NCBI GenBank assembly: GCA_038323315.1
Contig: JBBQGU010000001.1
Coordinates: 1 to 37,404, forward strand
Direction: 5' to 3'
DNA length: 37,404 bases
Source of the DNA: Rhodobacterales bacterium
GTDB taxonomy: Bacteria > Pseudomonadota > Alphaproteobacteria > Rhodobacterales > Rhodobacteraceae
Below the pieces are notes generated by a model. It was given only the letters and a program-made list of their open reading frames with translations, made no database searches and was not told where the DNA came from. The position numbers and the translations under genes are program-made. Within the stretch, counting starts at the first letter, position 1; each line of letters starts with the position of its first letter. Below, in pieces: positions 34,998-37,404 of the stretch.

Positions 34998-36800
34998 ATG
35001 CTCAAGCGTCGATTCGGACTGATCAAGAACGTCTCTGTACCCGCGCGACTTCATATGTCGGGGGCATTCGCGCTGGCTGGATTGGTGGCAACTTCGACGG
35101 CAGGCTATATCGGCCTGACACAAAGCAATGACGGCCTGGAAAGCGCGATCACCTCGACATCGGCAGTGCTGTACCAAAAAGACGCCGATATGATGCATGA
35201 CGCGTTGCGGGCAGATGTTCTGCTGGCCTTGATGACCGGGCCGGACGGCGCGGACAAGGACAAGCTGACCGTGCGCACCGACGTGCAGGAACACATCGCC
35301 ATCTTTCAGCTAGACATCAACAATCTGGAAAGACTGGAACTGTCAGAGGATGCCAAGGCGAAGATAGCTGCCGTCCGCCCGGTAATGGACACATACCTTG
35401 CGGCGGCGACCCAGATGACCACGGTTGCCTTGACTGACGCCGAAGCCGCCAAGGCTCAGTTGCCCGGTTTCTTGCAGATTTTTGCCGATCTGGAAATCCA
35501 GATGGGCGCCCTTGGGCAGGAGATCGAGGCCATCGGCACTATTGCGGGTGCTGTGGCGCATGAGAACAACCGTTATCTGGTCAAAATCATGATCGCGTCG
35601 GCGGTTCTGGCCGGACTGATCCTGATGATCTCGAACTTTCTCATTGCCCGCAGCATCACCAAACCGCTGATGCGCGTCCGCGATGCTGTCAAGGAGATCG
35701 CGACAAACAATCTGGGTGGTCGCCATTCCGAGCTCCAAAGAGTCAGCGATCTGAAGGACGAGGTCAGCGAGATTGGCGGCTATCTGGAACAATTGCGCAT
35801 CCGCCTGCGGGAAGCGATCGAGATGGAATCGACGATCCAGTTTCAACAGAACGAACAGCAAGCTGTGGTAGCGGCGCTGTCGGTCGGCCTTGGCAATCTT
35901 TCCGCAGGCGATCTGGGCCATACAATCGACACGGCGTTCCCCGCGGATTACGAAGCGTTGCGCGAGAATTACAACGCTTTGGTCAACCGGCTGGGCCAGA
36001 CGATCACTCAGGTGGTCGGAGCCTCGCGCAGCATCCGCGAACAGGCGGGCCGGCTGAGCGAGGCATCCGAAGATCTGGCGCGCCGGACCGAAAATCAGGC
36101 CGCCACGCTGGAAGAAACCGCAGCGGCACTGGACGAATTGACCGCATCGGTCAAGTCGGCTGCCACCTCGGCGCGCGAGGTGGAAACCATCGTGCAAAAC
36201 GCGCGGCGTGAAGCCGGTGATAGCGCACAGGTGGTGGTGAACGCGGTCGAGGCAATGACCGGTATAGAAAGATCTTCCGACCAGATTTCGCAAATCATTG
36301 GGGTGATTGACGATATCGCGTTCCAGACCAATCTGTTGGCGTTGAATGCGGGGGTGGAGGCGGCACGCGCCGGTGATGCGGGCAAGGGCTTTGCCGTGGT
36401 GGCCAGCGAGGTGCGCGCCTTGGCCCAGCGCTCGTCAGACGCCTCCAAAGAGATCAAGACGTTGATCATATCCTCGGCCCAGTTTGTCGGGCGGGGCGTG
36501 GATGCGGTGGGGGGGGCCGGCAACGCGCTGAACCTGCTGGTGGAACGGGTCACCCATATTTCCAACCTGGTGTCAGGCATCGCCACAGGTGCTGCGGAAC
36601 AGTCCACCGCATTGGCCGAGGTCAATGTTGGTGTGACACAGTTGGATCAGGTGGCCCAACGCAATGCCGCAATGGTCGAACATTCCACCAGCGCCACAGC
36701 CGCCTTGCAAAGCGAAGCGATCGGACTGGACAAACTCGTATCACAATTCACGACGAAATCCGACGCCTACAGCCCTGATCAGATGCGCGCCGTGGCCTGA
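34998..36800 (+). CDS. Methyl-accepting chemotaxis protein
   Basis: Two TM segments, helical periplasmic sensor (ADMMHDALRADV), HAMP domains, IAFQTNLLALNAGVEAARAG signalling hairpin. Confidence 0.95.
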   Translation: MLKRRFGLIKNVSVPARLHMSGAFALAGLVATSTAGYIGLTQSNDGLESAITSTSAVLYQKDADMMHDALRADVLLALMTGPDGADKDKLTVRTDVQEHIAIFQLDINNLERLELSEDAKAKIAAVRPVMDTYLAAATQMTTVALTDAEAAKAQLPGFLQIFADLEIQMGALGQEIEAIGTIAGAVAHENNRYLVKIMIASAVLAGLILMISNFLIARSITKPLMRVRDAVKEIATNNLGGRHSELQRVSDLKDEVSEIGGYLEQLRIRLREAIEMESTIQFQQNEQQAVVAALSVGLGNLSAGDLGHTIDTAFPADYEALRENYNALVNRLGQTITQVVGASRSIREQAGRLSEASEDLARRTENQAATLEETAAALDELTASVKSAATSAREVETIVQNARREAGDSAQVVVNAVEAMTGIERSSDQISQIIGVIDDIAFQTNLLALNAGVEAARAGDAGKGFAVVASEVRALAQRSSDASKEIKTLIISSAQFVGRGVDAVGGAGNALNLLVERVTHISNLVSGIATGAAEQSTALAEVNVGVTQLDQVAQRNAAMVEHSTSATAALQSEAIGLDKLVSQFTTKSDAYSPDQMRAVA

Positions 36801-36827
36801 CTGCGCGCGCGATGGCAGGGGTGACGG

Positions 36828-37082
36828 TCAGGTGTTCGTCCAGATCAGCGCCTTGAGCCGCTTCCACAGATAGAACACGGGCCAGCGCAGGATGCTCGCG
36901 CCGCCTGCCAGAAACAACAGGCCGAGGATGGGGCCGTTCTGGTAGGTGATCCAGCCCAGCAGCGGGATACCCAGCGTGATCAGGATATAGGCATTGCGCC
37001 AGTGGTGGTCGCGCGACGGGACCATCGCGATGAGGTTGGCCGCGATCAACCACAGCAGACCGGTGATCACAGAATAGGTCAT
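36828..37082 (-). CDS. DUF2484-type small membrane protein
   Basis: W...AN..AM.PSRDHHW..AY.L, SILRWP; ATGA overlap with upstream paralog. Confidence 0.75.
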   Translation of the reverse strand: MTYSVITGLLWLIAANLIAMVPSRDHHWRNAYILITLGIPLLGWITYQNGPILGLLFLAGGASILRWPVFYLWKRLKALIWTNT

Positions 37083-37378
37083 TGGCCTGACCTTTGGGGT
37101 TGGGGAGACAGCGCGCGAAGTTCGGGAGGAAGGTCGGGCACCGTGAGGCCCAAGGTCCAGCGGATCAGGTAGTTCAGCGGGCGGCGGAACATCGACAGGA
37201 CAGCGAACAGGCCAACAGCCACCCAGACAAAGCCGTGGACCCACCCGATCCAGATCAGCAGAAGCGGGGCGGCGACCAAAAGGGGCAAACCCGGATAGCG
37301 TTGCAGGTGCATCGGCATCATGGCGGTGATTGCTCCGGCGATCACCCACAGGGCACCGAGGATCAGCGGCAGGCTCAT
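37079..37378 (-). CDS. DUF2484-type small membrane protein
   Basis: LWVIAGAITAMMPM..Q.YPGLPLL, LSMFRRPL. Confidence 0.75.
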   Translation of the reverse strand: MSLPLILGALWVIAGAITAMMPMHLQRYPGLPLLVAAPLLLIWIGWVHGFVWVAVGLFAVLSMFRRPLNYLIRWTLGLTVPDLPPELRALSPQPQRSGQ

Positions 37379-37404
37379 CGCGATCTGTCCCCCGGTGTGA
37401 CGCC
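37375..37404 (-). CDS. Probable 3' end of an upstream gene truncated by the window edge
   Basis: Open frame GVTPGDRSR* whose TGA overlaps the ATG at 37378. Confidence 0.3.
   Translation of the reverse strand, partial: GVTPGDRSR

Overview
GC-rich alphaproteobacterial DNA, most consistent with Rhodobacteraceae (gene content, GTTC-N7-GTTC SOS box, DUF2484-type genes). Left to right: a degraded or error-rich pyridoxamine-phosphate-oxidase-like remnant, alkD-like, moaA; a frcBCAK-type sugar ABC system with divergent RbsD/FucU and ROK regulator; an M15 peptidase / OmpA / Ser-Thr kinase module; a coxMSL-like Mo-hydroxylase operon ending in moaD/thiS. The most novel part (15.6-21.1 kb) is a compact candidate RiPP-type locus: YcaO + animal-type heme peroxidase, divergent from a 118-aa protein resembling a nitrile-hydratase-like leader followed by GG and SFPAFLARYFMRRCR, with a SARP/BTAD-TPR regulator and an 11-bp-period direct repeat in the shared promoter. 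Then a ~9.5 kb general-stress region (two Ku, LigD, DUF892, PA2169-like, PRC barrel, several tiny ORFs) with six GGAAC-N16/17-NGTT EcfG-type promoters, followed by uvrD (SOS box, SSB-like tail), proS, an MCP with CtrA-like boxes and two DUF2484-type genes. No rRNA, tRNA, CRISPR array or transposase/integrase was seen. Family assignments are from motif recognition, not database searches.
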